DNA of 64,000 nt from Nitrospirota bacterium (GCA_046704425.1 JBJKRX010000158.1:7354-71353), one strand, 5' to 3'. Positions 39,884 through 52,304 are shown, counted from the first letter of the stretch. Notes: generated by a model from the sequence alone, not told the origin. A program made the numbers and translations.

Positions 39884-40022
39884 CAAGCGGTTTTTTTCAT
39901 TAATCGAGGCATCTTGCTTGGGGGAAACAGTAAAAAAGGGTTGAAATGACGGGGCAATTCAGGTATTCTGTTGTTCCCGCAGTTGCATAAAATCCCGTGA
40001 AAAACGGGCAGGAGGATGTTCG

Positions 40023-41180
40023 ATGAGCAACGAGCACAAGAATTATCTCTTTACTTCCGAGTCGGTTACCGAGGGCCATCCGGACAAGATCGCCGATCAG
40101 ATCTCCGATGCGGTGCTCGATGCGCTCTTGAAGCAGGACCCCATGAGCCGCGTGGCCTGCGAAACGCTTCTCACGACCGGTCTCGCGATGGTAGCGGGCG
40201 AGATCACGACCAAGGGATACGTGGAGATACCCGATATCGTTCGGGCGACGATTCGGGACATTGGTTACGTTCGCGCAAAGTATGGATTCGATGCCGAGAC
40301 CTGCGCGGTCGTGACTTCGGTCCATTCGCAATCGCCGGACATCGCCATGGGCGTGGATACGGGCGGCGCAGGGGACCAGGGGCTCATGTTCGGCTATGCC
40401 TGCGACGAGACGCCGGAGCTTATGCCCATGACCATCATGCTGGCGCATAAGTTGACCCGCAGGCTCTCGGAGGTGCGCAAGAAGGAGATCCTCCCGTACC
40501 TGCGGCCGGACGGAAAGTCGCAGGTGACGATCGAGTATCGCAACGGCAAACCCTATAGGCTGCATACGATCGTGGTATCGTCGCAGCACAGCCCAGACGT
40601 CAATCTCAAAAAGCTGCGCAAGGATATCATCGAGAAGGTGATCCTGCCCGTGCTGCCGAAGAAACTGCTCGACGAAAAATCCATTATCTATCATATCAAC
40701 CCCACCGGACGGTTCGTGACCGGCGGGCCCATGGGAGACACGGGGTTGACCGGCCGCAAGATCATCGTGGACACCTACGGCGGCGTGGGAAGCCACGGCG
40801 GCGGCTGCTTCTCGGGCAAGGACCCGACGAAGGTCGATCGCTCGGCCTCCTACATGGCCCGTTACATTGCCAAGAACCTCGTGGCCGCTGGACTGGCCAG
40901 CGAGGTCGAGGTCCAGCTCGCCTATGCCATCGGCGTGGCCGAACCCGTCTCGGTCTATGTGGATGATTTCGGTACGGGCAAGGTCGACCACGACAAGCTC
41001 GTCAAGCTCATCAGGAAGAACTTCGATATGACGCCCAAGGGTATCGTAAAGACCCTGAACCTCAGGAGACCGATCTATAGGAAGACGGCCGCCTACGGGC
41101 ACTTCGGTAGGACCGAGCCCGAATTCACCTGGGAGAAGACGGACAAGGCCGCGAAGCTCAAGAGAGAAGCAGGGATCTAG
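40023..41180 (+). CDS. metK: S-adenosylmethionine synthetase
   Basis: [19 protein letters not shown]-terminus and the [16 protein letters not shown] loop. Confidence 0.95.
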   Translation: MSNEHKNYLFTSESVTEGHPDKIADQISDAVLDALLKQDPMSRVACETLLTTGLAMVAGEITTKGYVEIPDIVRATIRDIGYVRAKYGFDAETCAVVTSVHSQSPDIAMGVDTGGAGDQGLMFGYACDETPELMPMTIMLAHKLTRRLSEVRKKEILPYLRPDGKSQVTIEYRNGKPYRLHTIVVSSQHSPDVNLKKLRKDIIEKVILPVLPKKLLDEKSIIYHINPTGRFVTGGPMGDTGLTGRKIIVDTYGGVGSHGGGCFSGKDPTKVDRSASYMARYIAKNLVAAGLASEVEVQLAYAIGVAEPVSVYVDDFGTGKVDHDKLVKLIRKNFDMTPKGIVKTLNLRRPIYRKTAAYGHFGRTEPEFTWEKTDKAAKLKREAGI

Positions 41181-41284
41181 GCAAATCCGGATTTGGGATG
41201 CGGAAGCATCGACCGATCCACAACCCGCACACAGCACCGGGTAGCGAGAGGTCAGCCCGGTGCGACTGTTCGCACTACGGTAAC

Positions 41285-41380
41285 CAACCCCGTCGAGGGG
41301 CGCTGCAGCAGTCACCGCACGGTGGTTCTGTCAGGCTCGTTGGGGCGGTTTGAACGGAGTAACGGCGCCCATTCATTCAC
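41285..41380 (+). ncRNA. SAH riboswitch (S-adenosylhomocysteine-responsive, RF01057-like)
   Basis: CGAGGGGCGCUGC ... CAGGCUCG ... AACGGCGCCC matches the SAH-element consensus (GAGGAGCGCUGC / CAGGCUCGG / AACGGCGCUC), including the P1 pairing GGGGCGC:GCGCCC. Sits directly upstream of ahcY. Confidence 0.65.
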
Positions 41381-41398
41381 CTGAATGGGAGGAACGAT

Positions 41399-42808
41399 AT
41401 GACTACTGCAACGGCTGCAAAAGACTACGTTGTCGCCGACCTCGGTCTTGCCGATTGGGGGCGCAAGGAAATCACGATCGCCGAGACCGAGATGCCGGGT
41501 CTGATGGCGATCCGCGAGGAATACGCCAAGGGCCAGCCCTTGAAGGGCGCGCGCATCACCGGCTCGCTCCACATGACCATCCAGACCGCGGTGCTGATCG
41601 AGACGCTGACCGCGCTCGGCGCCCAGGTGCGCTGGGCCTCGTGCAACATCTTCTCGACGCAGGATCACGCTGCCGCCGCTATCGCCAAGGACGGCGTCGC
41701 GGTCTTTGCCGTCAAGGGCGAGTCGCTCAAGGACTATTGGGACTACACCCACCGCATCTTCGAGTGGCCGGATGGCGGCTACTCGAACATGATCCTCGAC
41801 GACGGCGGCGACGCCACGCTCCTCCTGCACCTGGGCAGTAAGGCCGAAAAGGATATCTCGGTGCTCGACAAGCCCGACAGCGAGGAAGCGACGGTGCTGT
41901 TCGCCAGCATTAAGGCCAAGCTCAAGCAGGATCCGAAGTGGTACTCGACGCGCCTGGCCAAGATCAAGGGGGTCACCGAGGAGACCACCACCGGCGTGCA
42001 CCGCCTCTACCAGATGCACGAGAAGGGGGAGCTCAAGATCCCCGCGATCAACGTCAATGACTCGGTCACCAAGTCCAAATTCGACAACCTCTACGGCTGC
42101 CGCGAATCGCTGGTCGACGGCATCAAGCGCGCCACCGACGTGATGGTCGCGGGCAAGATCGCCGTGGTCTGCGGCTACGGCGATGTGGGCAAGGGCTCGG
42201 CACAGGCGCTGCGCGCGCTGTCCGCCCAGGTCTGGGTCACCGAGATCGACCCGATCTGCGCGCTGCAGGCGGCGATGGAAGGCTATCGCGTCGTCACCAT
42301 GGACTACGCCTGCGACAAGGGCGACATCTTCGTTACCTGCACCGGCAACGTCCATGTGATCGACCATCAGCACCTGGTAAAAATGAAGGACCAGGCGATC
42401 GTTTGCAACATCGGCCACTTCGACTCCGAGATCAACGTAGCTTCCATCGAAAAGTATTCCTGGGAGGAGATCAAGCCGCAGGTCGACCACGTAACGATGC
42501 CGTCGGGCAATCGCATTATCCTGCTGGCCAAGGGCAGGCTGGTGAACCTCGGCTGCGCCACGGGCCATCCGTCCTACGTGATGAGCTCGTCCTTCTCCAA
42601 TCAGACGATCGCGCAGATCGAGCTTTTTACGCAGACCGACAAATACCCGGTGGGCGTGTACACGCTGCCGAAACATCTGGACGAAAAGGTTGCGCGCCTG
42701 CAGCTGAAGAAACTGAACGCAGAGCTGACCACCTTGACCGACCAGCAGGCCGCCTACATCGGCGTGCCCAAGGAAGGGCCATACAAGGCGGAGCACTATC
42801 GCTACTAA
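41399..42808 (+). CDS. ahcY: adenosylhomocysteinase
   Basis: Full-length SAHH with an NAD-binding GYGDVGKG motif. Confidence 0.95.
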   Translation: MTTATAAKDYVVADLGLADWGRKEITIAETEMPGLMAIREEYAKGQPLKGARITGSLHMTIQTAVLIETLTALGAQVRWASCNIFSTQDHAAAAIAKDGVAVFAVKGESLKDYWDYTHRIFEWPDGGYSNMILDDGGDATLLLHLGSKAEKDISVLDKPDSEEATVLFASIKAKLKQDPKWYSTRLAKIKGVTEETTTGVHRLYQMHEKGELKIPAINVNDSVTKSKFDNLYGCRESLVDGIKRATDVMVAGKIAVVCGYGDVGKGSAQALRALSAQVWVTEIDPICALQAAMEGYRVVTMDYACDKGDIFVTCTGNVHVIDHQHLVKMKDQAIVCNIGHFDSEINVASIEKYSWEEIKPQVDHVTMPSGNRIILLAKGRLVNLGCATGHPSYVMSSSFSNQTIAQIELFTQTDKYPVGVYTLPKHLDEKVARLQLKKLNAELTTLTDQQAAYIGVPKEGPYKAEHYRY

Positions 42809-42920
42809 GAGGCGGCAGGACGACCGCCGGGACAGGCACGCATTTCGACAAACGGCCGAGCGCGGGTGAATGCGCCGGCCGTTTTTTCTCGATCCATCAC
42901 CGGCCTCCCTGAGAGATTCC

Positions 42921-43790
42921 ATGCTGGCATCGCTCAACATCATCGCGGCCATGTGCATCTGGAGCACCTGGGGCCCGCTCATCCGCTGGATGGCGCTGCC
43001 GCCCGAGGTGGTTCTCTTCTATACAGCGGCAATCGCTTCGTTCACCGTCCCTGTCTATCTGTCACTGCGGGGTGATCTGGTCCTTTCCGGCGTCTTCAGG
43101 GCCCGATGGGCCTTCGCGATCCTTGCGCTCGCCTTTATCGTCAACAACCTGACCTACTTCTTTGCTCTCGCCCATACGACCGTAGCGAATGCGGTATTCA
43201 CCCATTACACCGCACCGATCTTCGTGGCCCTGCTATCGCCGCTGTTGCTGATGGAACGGATCCAACGGGTCACGCTCCTGTCGCTCCCCATCGCCGTGAT
43301 CGGTATGACGATCATCGTCCTGTCCGGCCACGGGCTCCAAACCGGCAGCCGCCATCTCCCGGGGATCGCGGCAGGGACCGCATCGGGGATCGCCTACGCG
43401 TTCATCATCATCTACTCCAGGAAGCTCAGCCGCATCGGGATGCACCGCCAGGCCGTGGTGCTCATGCCCTGGATCACCGCAGCGGCCATGCTCCCGGCGG
43501 CATTCCTGTCCGACTATCACCTGACCCTGCGCGGGGTTGCCCTGCTGCTCCTCTCCGGCGTGTTCCATTCCACGGTTGCGCCGCTGCTCTATTATTATGC
43601 CCTGCGGACGGTCATGGCCCAACATGCCGCGATCCTGGGGTACATGGAACCCCTCGCCGCCATCCCGATGGCCTGGGTGCTTCTGGCCGAGCGGCCCGCC
43701 GGCGGGGCGCTCTTCGGGGGCATGCTGATCCTCCTTTCGGGCATGCTCATCATCCGCGCGCGCAGCCGCAGCGCCTTGCAATCCGGGTAA
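42921..43790 (+). CDS. EamA/DMT family transporter
   Basis: Ten TM helices. Duplicated EamA-like halves. Confidence 0.65.
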   Translation: MLASLNIIAAMCIWSTWGPLIRWMALPPEVVLFYTAAIASFTVPVYLSLRGDLVLSGVFRARWAFAILALAFIVNNLTYFFALAHTTVANAVFTHYTAPIFVALLSPLLLMERIQRVTLLSLPIAVIGMTIIVLSGHGLQTGSRHLPGIAAGTASGIAYAFIIIYSRKLSRIGMHRQAVVLMPWITAAAMLPAAFLSDYHLTLRGVALLLLSGVFHSTVAPLLYYYALRTVMAQHAAILGYMEPLAAIPMAWVLLAERPAGGALFGGMLILLSGMLIIRARSRSALQSG

Positions 43791-43885
43791 TTTCCGTTAT
43801 AATGAGTAGTACCGTGCGTTATGACGCGCCGGTTTGCAGGACCAAGAATTTCCGGGTGATCCCGGCACTCGAAAGGAGCAAGCGG

Positions 43886-44209
43886 ATGAAAAAAGTGTTG
43901 ATCGGCCTTGTTATCGTGCTCGGATTTGCAGCTGCAGCGTCCCTGGTTGCAGTACAGGCCTCGGCGGCCAACTCGGGCGAGGCGATGTTCAAGGCGCACT
44001 GCGCCATGTGTCATCCCGACGGCGGGAACGTCGTCAATCCGCAGAAGACCCTCCATAAGAAGGACCGCGAAGCGAACAAGGTCAAGACCGCCGCCGACAT
44101 CGTCCACCTGATGCGTCACCCGGGCCCGGGCATGATGACCTTCGATCCGAAGACCATCCCGGACCAGGATGCGCACGCCATCGCCGAATACGTCCTGAAG
44201 ACCTTCTAG
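43886..44209 (+). CDS. monoheme cytochrome c (class I), secreted
   Basis: Signal peptide, CAMCH heme-binding motif and a distal Met. AAAGGAG RBS. The long upstream ORF in this frame is spurious. Confidence 0.7.
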   Translation: MKKVLIGLVIVLGFAAAASLVAVQASAANSGEAMFKAHCAMCHPDGGNVVNPQKTLHKKDREANKVKTAADIVHLMRHPGPGMMTFDPKTIPDQDAHAIAEYVLKTF

Positions 44210-44284
44210 GAGCAGAGCGAGCGACCGGGGGCGCCGTTGCGATGCGTATTTCGTGATCGGCGGCGCCCGCAGTCGCCACGGCCT

Positions 44285-45280
44285 ATGGACAGGATCCTGT
44301 TGGGACATGGAAGCGGCGGCAGGCTGATGCACGACCTGATCCGCAGGTACTTCAGTCCTGCCTTCGGTATTGCGGGTGCGGGTGATTCCGCAGTCGTGTC
44401 CGTACCATCCCGACGGCTGGCCTATACCACCGATTCCTACGTCGTTACCCCGCTCTTTTTCCCCGGCGGCAACATCGGGGACCTCGCGGTCTACGGCACC
44501 GTGAACGACCTGGCGGTCGCCGGCGCCGATCCCCTCTACCTCACGGCAGGATTCATCATCGAGGAGGGGTTTCCCCTTGCGGACCTCGAACGGATCGTCT
44601 CTACCATGGCTGCTGCCGCCGGCAAGGCGCACGTCAGGATCGTCGCGGGGGACACCAAGGTCGTGAACAAGGGCAAGGCCGATGGCATCTTCATCAACAC
44701 ATCGGGTGTAGGCGTACTGCGGGACGGGTGGGAGCCCGCGGCTGCGCGCATCCGGGCAGGAGACGCGGTCCTGGTGAGCGGGGCGCTCGGCAGCCACGGG
44801 GTCGCGGTCATTGCCGAGCGGAACGGCCTCACCTTCGATCCGCCGGTCCTGAGCGATTCGCGGCCCCTGAACGGGCTCGTCCGGGACATGTATGGAACGA
44901 CACCGGATATCCGGTTCATGCGCGATCCCACGCGCGGCGGGCTCGCCACAACGCTCAAAGAAGCGGCACAGGAATCGGGCCTGTGCATGCGCATCTCCGA
45001 GCAGGCCCTCCCGGTCCCCGATCCGGTGAAAGGGGCATGCAAACTGCTCGGCCTCGACCCGCTCTATGCCGCGAACGAGGGCGTCCTGATCGCCGTCGTC
45101 GCTTCCGATGCCGCGGACGGTTTGCTCGCGGCCATGCGGGGACACGCATTCGGACGCGAGGCAGCCCGGATCGGCGAGGTCGCTCCCGGCCCTGCGGGCG
45201 CAGTCCTGCTCGAGACCGCGATCGGCGGCACCCGTATGCTCGACATGCTCCAGGGGGAACAGCTTCCGCGGATCTGTTAG
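44285..45280 (+). CDS. hypE: hydrogenase maturation carbamoyl dehydratase HypE
   Basis: HGSGG N-terminus, the AIR-synthase-related fold and the C-terminal PRIC motif diagnostic of HypE. Confidence 0.85.
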   Translation: MDRILLGHGSGGRLMHDLIRRYFSPAFGIAGAGDSAVVSVPSRRLAYTTDSYVVTPLFFPGGNIGDLAVYGTVNDLAVAGADPLYLTAGFIIEEGFPLADLERIVSTMAAAAGKAHVRIVAGDTKVVNKGKADGIFINTSGVGVLRDGWEPAAARIRAGDAVLVSGALGSHGVAVIAERNGLTFDPPVLSDSRPLNGLVRDMYGTTPDIRFMRDPTRGGLATTLKEAAQESGLCMRISEQALPVPDPVKGACKLLGLDPLYAANEGVLIAVVASDAADGLLAAMRGHAFGREAARIGEVAPGPAGAVLLETAIGGTRMLDMLQGEQLPRIC

Positions 45281-45415
45281 ATCGTCGCGAGATGATTGAC
45301 GGCGAAGCGGATATTGGCGCAGAGAGCGCAGAGGTTATGCCGAGTGGATTGTCGATCTCCGCGCCTCGGCGGCAAATGAGGTTCGCGCGCCGCGTGCTGC
45401 GGCAGGGGAGGGACG

Positions 45416-45569
45416 ATGCCGGAACTGCACAGCATGATCGGAAAAGAAGTCGAGATGCTTGCGAACGGGATGCGGTACACGGGAATCCTGATCGAGGTCA
45501 CCGACACCGAGGTGCATCTCAAGATGGCCAACCAGTGGATGTCCCTTTCAATCTCCACGGTCAGCGATA

Positions 45570-45589
<20 letters not shown>
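45416..45589 (+). CDS. small hypothetical protein (57 aa)
   Basis: Not in the ORF track (<60 aa). GGGGAGGG RBS 5 nt upstream. Sits in an otherwise gene-free gap. Confidence 0.3.
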
Positions 45590-46958
<1,369 letters not shown>

Positions 46959-46967
46959 AGGGACTCC

Positions 46968-49211
46968 TTAGCCGGCGTCCGGCTCCTGCGGCAGGACGAC
47001 GGTAAAGACCGTGCCCTTCCCGGCGGTGCTCTCCACCTTGATGTCTCCGTTGAACCGTTTGATGATATCGTAGCTGACCGAGAGGCCCAGCCCGGTTCCC
47101 TTGCCGGCCTCCTTGGTCGTATAGAAGGGGTCGAAGATCTTCTCGACGTCCTCGGGGGAGATTCCCACGCCGGTGTCGGCGAAGGAAGCCATGACGGCGT
47201 CCCGGCCCCGGTCGTCCTTCCCGTGCTGCGTCGTCACCGTCAGGGTCCCGCCGTCGGGCATGGCGTCGAGGGCGTTCAGGATGATGTTGATGAATACCTG
47301 GGACATCTGTCCTTCGTCGAGCCGCGCCTGCGGCAGGGCGGGATCGAGCACAAGGACGATGCGGATGGAGCTCTTCATGCGCTTATCGAACCGCATGAGG
47401 TCCAGCGAGGAGTTCACGACGTCGTTCAGTGATATGCTCCGGATCTGCAACGCGCCGGCGCGCGAGAAGGTCGCCATGCGCCGCACGATGTCCGTGATCC
47501 GCCGGATGTGGTTGTTGATGATGTCGAGACTGTTCTGGGTGAACTCGTCCTGGGCCGACTCGCGCAACATCTGGGCGAAGGTCGAGATGGAGGTGAGGGG
47601 GTTGTTGATCTCGTGGGCTACGCCGGCAGCGAGTCTGCCGAGCGCCGCGAGCTTTTCGGAATGCAGGACCTGCTGCTCGAGCTTCATCGTCGTGGCCGCT
47701 CCCTGATCGACCTTGTCCTCCAGCTCGACCGTGTACTGCTTGAGCTCCTCTTCGAGCTGGACGCGCTTCGTCACGTCGTTGCTCGTCACGAGGACGCCGG
47801 GTTCCCGCCCGTCGATCAGGAGGGGGTTGAGGTTCATCGTGAGAAAGAGAGGGGATTCGGGCAGGCCGGTCACCGGGTAGTCCCGCAGCTCGAAGCTGCT
47901 TCCCTCCAGCGTTCGCTGCAGGATGGTTGCGAGCGGCGTATCCTCGTAGGCGGGCAGGGGATCGGGGAAGAGCGAGAAGAAGGGCCTCCCGAGCAGCTCC
48001 TCCTTGGGAAGCCCGAGGGTGCGGGCCTGGGCCGTGTTCACGGTCCGTACCGTGAACTTCCCGTCCAGGACCAGAAGGTTCGTCCGCGTGTTCTCGATGA
48101 TGTCCTCAAGGTAGTCTTTCGCGATCTCGATCTGCTTCTCCAGGCGACGGTGATTTTCGAGGTGTTTCGCCTTCTCTTCGGCGGCGATCTTCTTTTTATA
48201 GGTCACGATCGTCACGATGGACGCGACCAAGGTCGTCGCAAAGATGGAGAGGATCAAATAAGTGTAGAACCGCCTGCTCTTCTGCATCAGCGCGATGACG
48301 TCCGAGTAGGGGGCGGAGACGACCACGATCCAGGATTCCCGGGAGACAGGGAACTTGTAGAAGGCAATCAGTTTATTCTCGCCGCCGGGCGCCTCGTAGG
48401 CCCCGGAGGTTATCTCGCGTCCTTCGATCATCTTCTTCTCGGTATCGAAGGACTTGTGACACTGGAAGCACGAGGCATCGGTGTGGTAGAGGTTCTTGCC
48501 GACCATGCGGGGCTGCGTGGGGTGGAAGAGGAGGGTGCCGTCGCTGTCCATCATCCAGGCGTAGCCGCGCTTCCCCGACTTGACGGGCGCGAGGTAGCGG
48601 CGCGTGATCCCGTCCAGGGAGAGGACCGCCAGGACGATCCCCCGGAAGCGGGTGTAGGGCGCGCCGGCGGGCCGCCGGTAGATCGGGACGGCCACGATGA
48701 ATTCCTTCGTGTCCTCGTCCCCCGCGTGGATGTCGAGCAGGTCGGTGATCAGCCGCTCGTTCCGCGGCAGCAGCCGCGCCTCCCGAAAGTAGCTCGTCCG
48801 TGACAGGTCATCGCCTTCCCGGCGCTGCGCCGAGCTGTCGTACCGGAGAATTCCGTTGCGATCGAGTACGCGCACGGCTACGAGCATGTCGGCGGGCAGG
48901 CTGTCGGTGATCGCCTCGGTGACGGTCCGGCAGCGGGGGCTCTGCTGGATGCGGTCCACATCGGGGAGGCCGGCGATCACGATGATATTCTTGTAGACGT
49001 GATCAATGAAGCTCTCGATGTTCAAACCCACCTCGCGGGAAAGAAGCTGCTGCTGCACGTTGACCTGGGCGGTCATCTCTTCCTGGAGGGAGAGGTGGAA
49101 GAACTGGCCCAGGACGATGATGAGCGAGAGGACGAGGAGGAGCAGGAGTACGAAGGCGGCAGGCGCGAGCAGCTCTTTTTCCTTCAGGGACCTGAGGGCG
49201 CGGCGATACAT
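46968..49211 (-). CDS. sensor histidine kinase with periplasmic Cache-like and PAS domains
   Basis: H-box HEINNPL, HATPase motifs, N-terminal TM helix and a large periplasmic domain. Confidence 0.85.
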   Translation of the reverse strand: MYRRALRSLKEKELLAPAAFVLLLLLVLSLIIVLGQFFHLSLQEEMTAQVNVQQQLLSREVGLNIESFIDHVYKNIIVIAGLPDVDRIQQSPRCRTVTEAITDSLPADMLVAVRVLDRNGILRYDSSAQRREGDDLSRTSYFREARLLPRNERLITDLLDIHAGDEDTKEFIVAVPIYRRPAGAPYTRFRGIVLAVLSLDGITRRYLAPVKSGKRGYAWMMDSDGTLLFHPTQPRMVGKNLYHTDASCFQCHKSFDTEKKMIEGREITSGAYEAPGGENKLIAFYKFPVSRESWIVVVSAPYSDVIALMQKSRRFYTYLILSIFATTLVASIVTIVTYKKKIAAEEKAKHLENHRRLEKQIEIAKDYLEDIIENTRTNLLVLDGKFTVRTVNTAQARTLGLPKEELLGRPFFSLFPDPLPAYEDTPLATILQRTLEGSSFELRDYPVTGLPESPLFLTMNLNPLLIDGREPGVLVTSNDVTKRVQLEEELKQYTVELEDKVDQGAATTMKLEQQVLHSEKLAALGRLAAGVAHEINNPLTSISTFAQMLRESAQDEFTQNSLDIINNHIRRITDIVRRMATFSRAGALQIRSISLNDVVNSSLDLMRFDKRMKSSIRIVLVLDPALPQARLDEGQMSQVFINIILNALDAMPDGGTLTVTTQHGKDDRGRDAVMASFADTGVGISPEDVEKIFDPFYTTKEAGKGTGLGLSVSYDIIKRFNGDIKVESTAGKGTVFTVVLPQEPDAG

Positions 49212-49286
49212 GATTTACTTTATAGCCGACCGGGGGAAATTGTCAAGCCGGACATTTTGCCCCGGCGCGGCGGTCGGCTGTTGCCG

Positions 49287-51089
49287 TTAGAGTCGGGCCT
49301 CCTCCGTCTGTTTGCCAAGGGTGCTCCATGTTTTATTCAGGGGGAGAGTGAAGGTAAAGGTGCTCCCTGAGCCCACCGTGCTTGCGGCGCGGATCGTGCC
49401 GCCGTGGTATTCCACGATCTGGCGGGTGATGGAGAGCCCCAGGCCGGTTCCTTCGGTATGGGAGGTCAGGACGTCGCCGGAGCGGCCGAATTTTTCGAAG
49501 ATCAGCTCCAGGTCCTGTTCCGGGATGCCGACCCCGGTATCGGATACGGAAACCACGAGCTGAGGACGGGGGCTCTCGTCCCGCCGGGCTACGATCGAGA
49601 TGGTGCCGCCCTGGGGCGTGAATTTTATGGCGTTCGAGAGCAGGTTCGTCAGCACCTGGACGAGACGGTCGCGATCGCCGAAAAAGGCGGGGAGTCCCTT
49701 CGGCAGTTGCAGGGAGACGTTCAGGCTCTTGTTGTCGGCCAGGGAGTGAATGGCGTTCACCGAGGTTCGGATGATGTCCTCCAGTGTCAGTTGTTCGATA
49801 TGCCAGGTCAGCTTGCCCGCCTCGATCTTGGTGAGGTCGAGGATGTCGTTGATGAGACGGGTCAACCGGTCCGATTCGGTGTTGATCACGTTCAGGAGGT
49901 GGTCCCGTTTTTCGGGCGGCATTTTCGGTTTGAGGAGGAGCAGTTCGGCGAACGCCTTGATGGAGGTGATGGGGGTGCGCAGTTCGTGGGAGACGACCGA
50001 GATGAAATCGGACTTGAGGCGGTCGATCTCCTTCAGCTTCCGGTTGGCCTGCTCCAGATCACGGTTGACCACGGCCAGGCTCCGGTTGGACAGTTGCAGG
50101 CGTTCAAAGGCCTTGGTCAGGTTCTGGGTCTTCTCCAGGACCCGGAACTCAAGGTTCCGGTTGAGGTTGACCAGCTCCTGCCGGTTCTTTTCGATCTCCT
50201 GTGCCATGGTGTCGAAGCTTTGGGAGAGCACGCCGATCTCGTCGTTCGAAATGAGGTTCGAGCGGGCCCGGAGATTGCCGCGTTCGATCTCCCGGATCGC
50301 CTGAACGAGGTGGCCCAGGGGGTTGGAGATGCTCGTCGCAAGCAATACCCCGATGCCGGCGGTCAGGATGAAAACGACGACGATCACGGCGATAATGACG
50401 AGCCCGAGCTGCGACATGATCTGGGGCGCCTGCGGCAGGGAGGTGAGCTCTATGCCGAGACGGCGGTAGATCAGCGCGCCGAGGGCGGCCAAGGGGGCCA
50501 TCACCGTGGCCAGGAGGATGGAAACAAGACGCGTCCGCGTGCCGATCCGGATGACGTGGGTCTCATCGATCTGGATATTTTTCGTCTTTTCCGCCAGGAT
50601 CTGGCGCACCGGATAGAGCACGCGCTCGGTCAGGAAGAACGAGAAGATGGGGAAGACGGCAAGTCCGACGGCGGCATAGACGCCGAGCATGATGTTGGAG
50701 CGGAGCGGATAATGCCCCACGGTTCCCATATAGATGCAGTCCAGGAGGGTGATGAGCTCGTAGCGGACCAGGATGGAGCCGGCATGGACGAGCGGCAAGT
50801 TCAGGGTTCTGACGCGGGCCGCGGCCACGACGTCGTCGGGAGGCGTGAGCCGCCTTCCCAGGTAAAACGAAAGCATCTCGATGGGACGGCATTCCCACCG
50901 GTCGATGAAATAAAAGAGGGACGCGAATCCCAGGGGAGACAGGATCAGCATGGTGACATTGAGATAATGGAACAGCTGCATCGCGTCGAACTGCATATTG
51001 AAGATGATGTACGGAATGAACGTGGAGAAGATGAGGCTGGTGATGACCAGTTCGCTGTAGGCGATCTTTCGGGAAACGTTTAGTTGCAT
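49287..51089 (-). CDS. multi-TM sensor histidine kinase with HAMP domain
   Basis: H-box HELRTPITSI and N/G1/G2 boxes. About 6-7 N-terminal TM helices. Confidence 0.85.
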   Translation of the reverse strand: MQLNVSRKIAYSELVITSLIFSTFIPYIIFNMQFDAMQLFHYLNVTMLILSPLGFASLFYFIDRWECRPIEMLSFYLGRRLTPPDDVVAAARVRTLNLPLVHAGSILVRYELITLLDCIYMGTVGHYPLRSNIMLGVYAAVGLAVFPIFSFFLTERVLYPVRQILAEKTKNIQIDETHVIRIGTRTRLVSILLATVMAPLAALGALIYRRLGIELTSLPQAPQIMSQLGLVIIAVIVVVFILTAGIGVLLATSISNPLGHLVQAIREIERGNLRARSNLISNDEIGVLSQSFDTMAQEIEKNRQELVNLNRNLEFRVLEKTQNLTKAFERLQLSNRSLAVVNRDLEQANRKLKEIDRLKSDFISVVSHELRTPITSIKAFAELLLLKPKMPPEKRDHLLNVINTESDRLTRLINDILDLTKIEAGKLTWHIEQLTLEDIIRTSVNAIHSLADNKSLNVSLQLPKGLPAFFGDRDRLVQVLTNLLSNAIKFTPQGGTISIVARRDESPRPQLVVSVSDTGVGIPEQDLELIFEKFGRSGDVLTSHTEGTGLGLSITRQIVEYHGGTIRAASTVGSGSTFTFTLPLNKTWSTLGKQTEEARL

Positions 51090-51101
51090 TGTCCGGACGC
51101 T

Positions 51102-52304
51102 CTAGGGGAACAGGATTTTGATTGCTGATTGCCGGGCCGTTCCCGCAATAGGGCCGAGGGGCGTCAGGAAGGACGCATCCGCCACCAGAAAATCGAGCGC
51201 CGTTCGGATGCCGATGGACTCCAATACACGGACCTGGGCCTGCGAAAGCTCCGCGACCCGTTTGAGCGGCACGTCGCTCCGGGAAGTGTACATCACCATG
51301 AGGCGCGACTCGCCCTGGATGATGGGAAGGAACTGAAAGTGGCGGTTTCCCGTCTCGCGGACGAGTTCGTCTGCCTCTTCCTGGGTGAAAAAACCGGTAA
51401 AGTCGGTAAAGAGCGTCGCGAGCAGGACGTCCGTCGAGAGTGTGGCGAGGTTGTTCGTGATGACCTGGTTCACGAAGATCCCGTATCGGGAGACCCGGAT
51501 CATCTCCCGCAGAAAGGCGCCCCTTTTTCTGACCGGCAGAAAATGAAAGACGTTGATGGCGTATACCCAGTCGAACGTGCCGTCTTTGATATCGGCCATG
51601 TTCGTCACATCGCCCGACCGGAGCTCGATCTGGTCCTGAAGCCCGGCTTCTTCATTCTGCCGTTTCCCCATGTCCAGGGTCAGGGGGTTGATGTCGATGC
51701 CCGTGGCGCTCACGCCGGGGCACGTCTTGACCACCTCCCGCAGCACCGACCCGTCTCCGCATCCCAGATCGAGGATGGTGTGCCCCGTGGAAACGCCCGA
51801 GCGGCTGAAGAACGCAGCGGAGGTGTGCGAGAGCTGCGCGGCAACGCGGGGGATGTAGTCGCGGCTGATCTTGCCGTGGGTGATGCTGTCCAGCCCCACT
51901 CCGTTCTGATAGGCGTCCTTCGAGTTGCTGACCGCCTTGGTGAAGTAGCCGACCATGTGATGGAGACCAAGGAGGTCTGCAACCGGCGTCCGTCGGTTCA
52001 GCAGCATCCCTTTCGGCGTCAGGCTGAATCCGCCGTTGTTTTTCCGAACGTACCCGATGGCGACGGCAAACCGGAGCCACCGCTCCACCCTGCTGATATC
52101 GAACCCCATGTGCTGGGACAGTTCCTCGGCGGCGATCGTCGCGTCGACGGGGATCCGGTCGAAGAACCCGAGTTCAATGCCCTGAATGGTCGCCAAGGCG
52201 GCCGTGGTGTGGGAGAGCATGGTGATGAACTCAGCCGCATACTGGCTGATGTCCTGGCTGTCCATCGGGGTATCCTTTCGTGTCATGGGTGCGCTGGCGA
52301 TCAA
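51102..52304 (-). CDS. class I SAM-dependent O-methyltransferase with N-terminal dimerisation/winged-helix domain and C-terminal HhH-like tail
   Basis: LDLGCGDG motif I and the family-2 OMT architecture. About 60-aa C-terminal extension. Confidence 0.6.
   Translation of the reverse strand: MIASAPMTRKDTPMDSQDISQYAAEFITMLSHTTAALATIQGIELGFFDRIPVDATIAAEELSQHMGFDISRVERWLRFAVAIGYVRKNNGGFSLTPKGMLLNRRTPVADLLGLHHMVGYFTKAVSNSKDAYQNGVGLDSITHGKISRDYIPRVAAQLSHTSAAFFSRSGVSTGHTILDLGCGDGSVLREVVKTCPGVSATGIDINPLTLDMGKRQNEEAGLQDQIELRSGDVTNMADIKDGTFDWVYAINVFHFLPVRKRGAFLREMIRVSRYGIFVNQVITNNLATLSTDVLLATLFTDFTGFFTQEEADELVRETGNRHFQFLPIIQGESRLMVMYTSRSDVPLKRVAELSQAQVRVLESIGIRTALDFLVADASFLTPLGPIAGTARQSAIKILFP

Noticed and set aside
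39884-40022. Possible SAM riboswitch upstream of metK
   Set aside because: A TTGAAA / TATTCT promoter and a small CCCGU...ACGGG hairpin near the RBS are visible, but I could not recognise SAM-I, SAM-II or SAM/SAH consensus elements by eye. Needs a covariance-model search.
43106-43885. Upstream part of the 367-aa ORF containing the cytochrome c
   Set aside because: Different frame of the EamA transporter region. Pro/Arg-rich nonsense. The cytochrome c has its own RBS and signal peptide at 43886.
49212-49286. Inverted repeat GCCGACCGGGG ... CCCCGG..GGTCGGC between the two histidine-kinase genes
   Set aside because: Could be a terminator or attenuator, but no U-tract follows on the transcribed strand and the stem is interrupted. 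Not confident.
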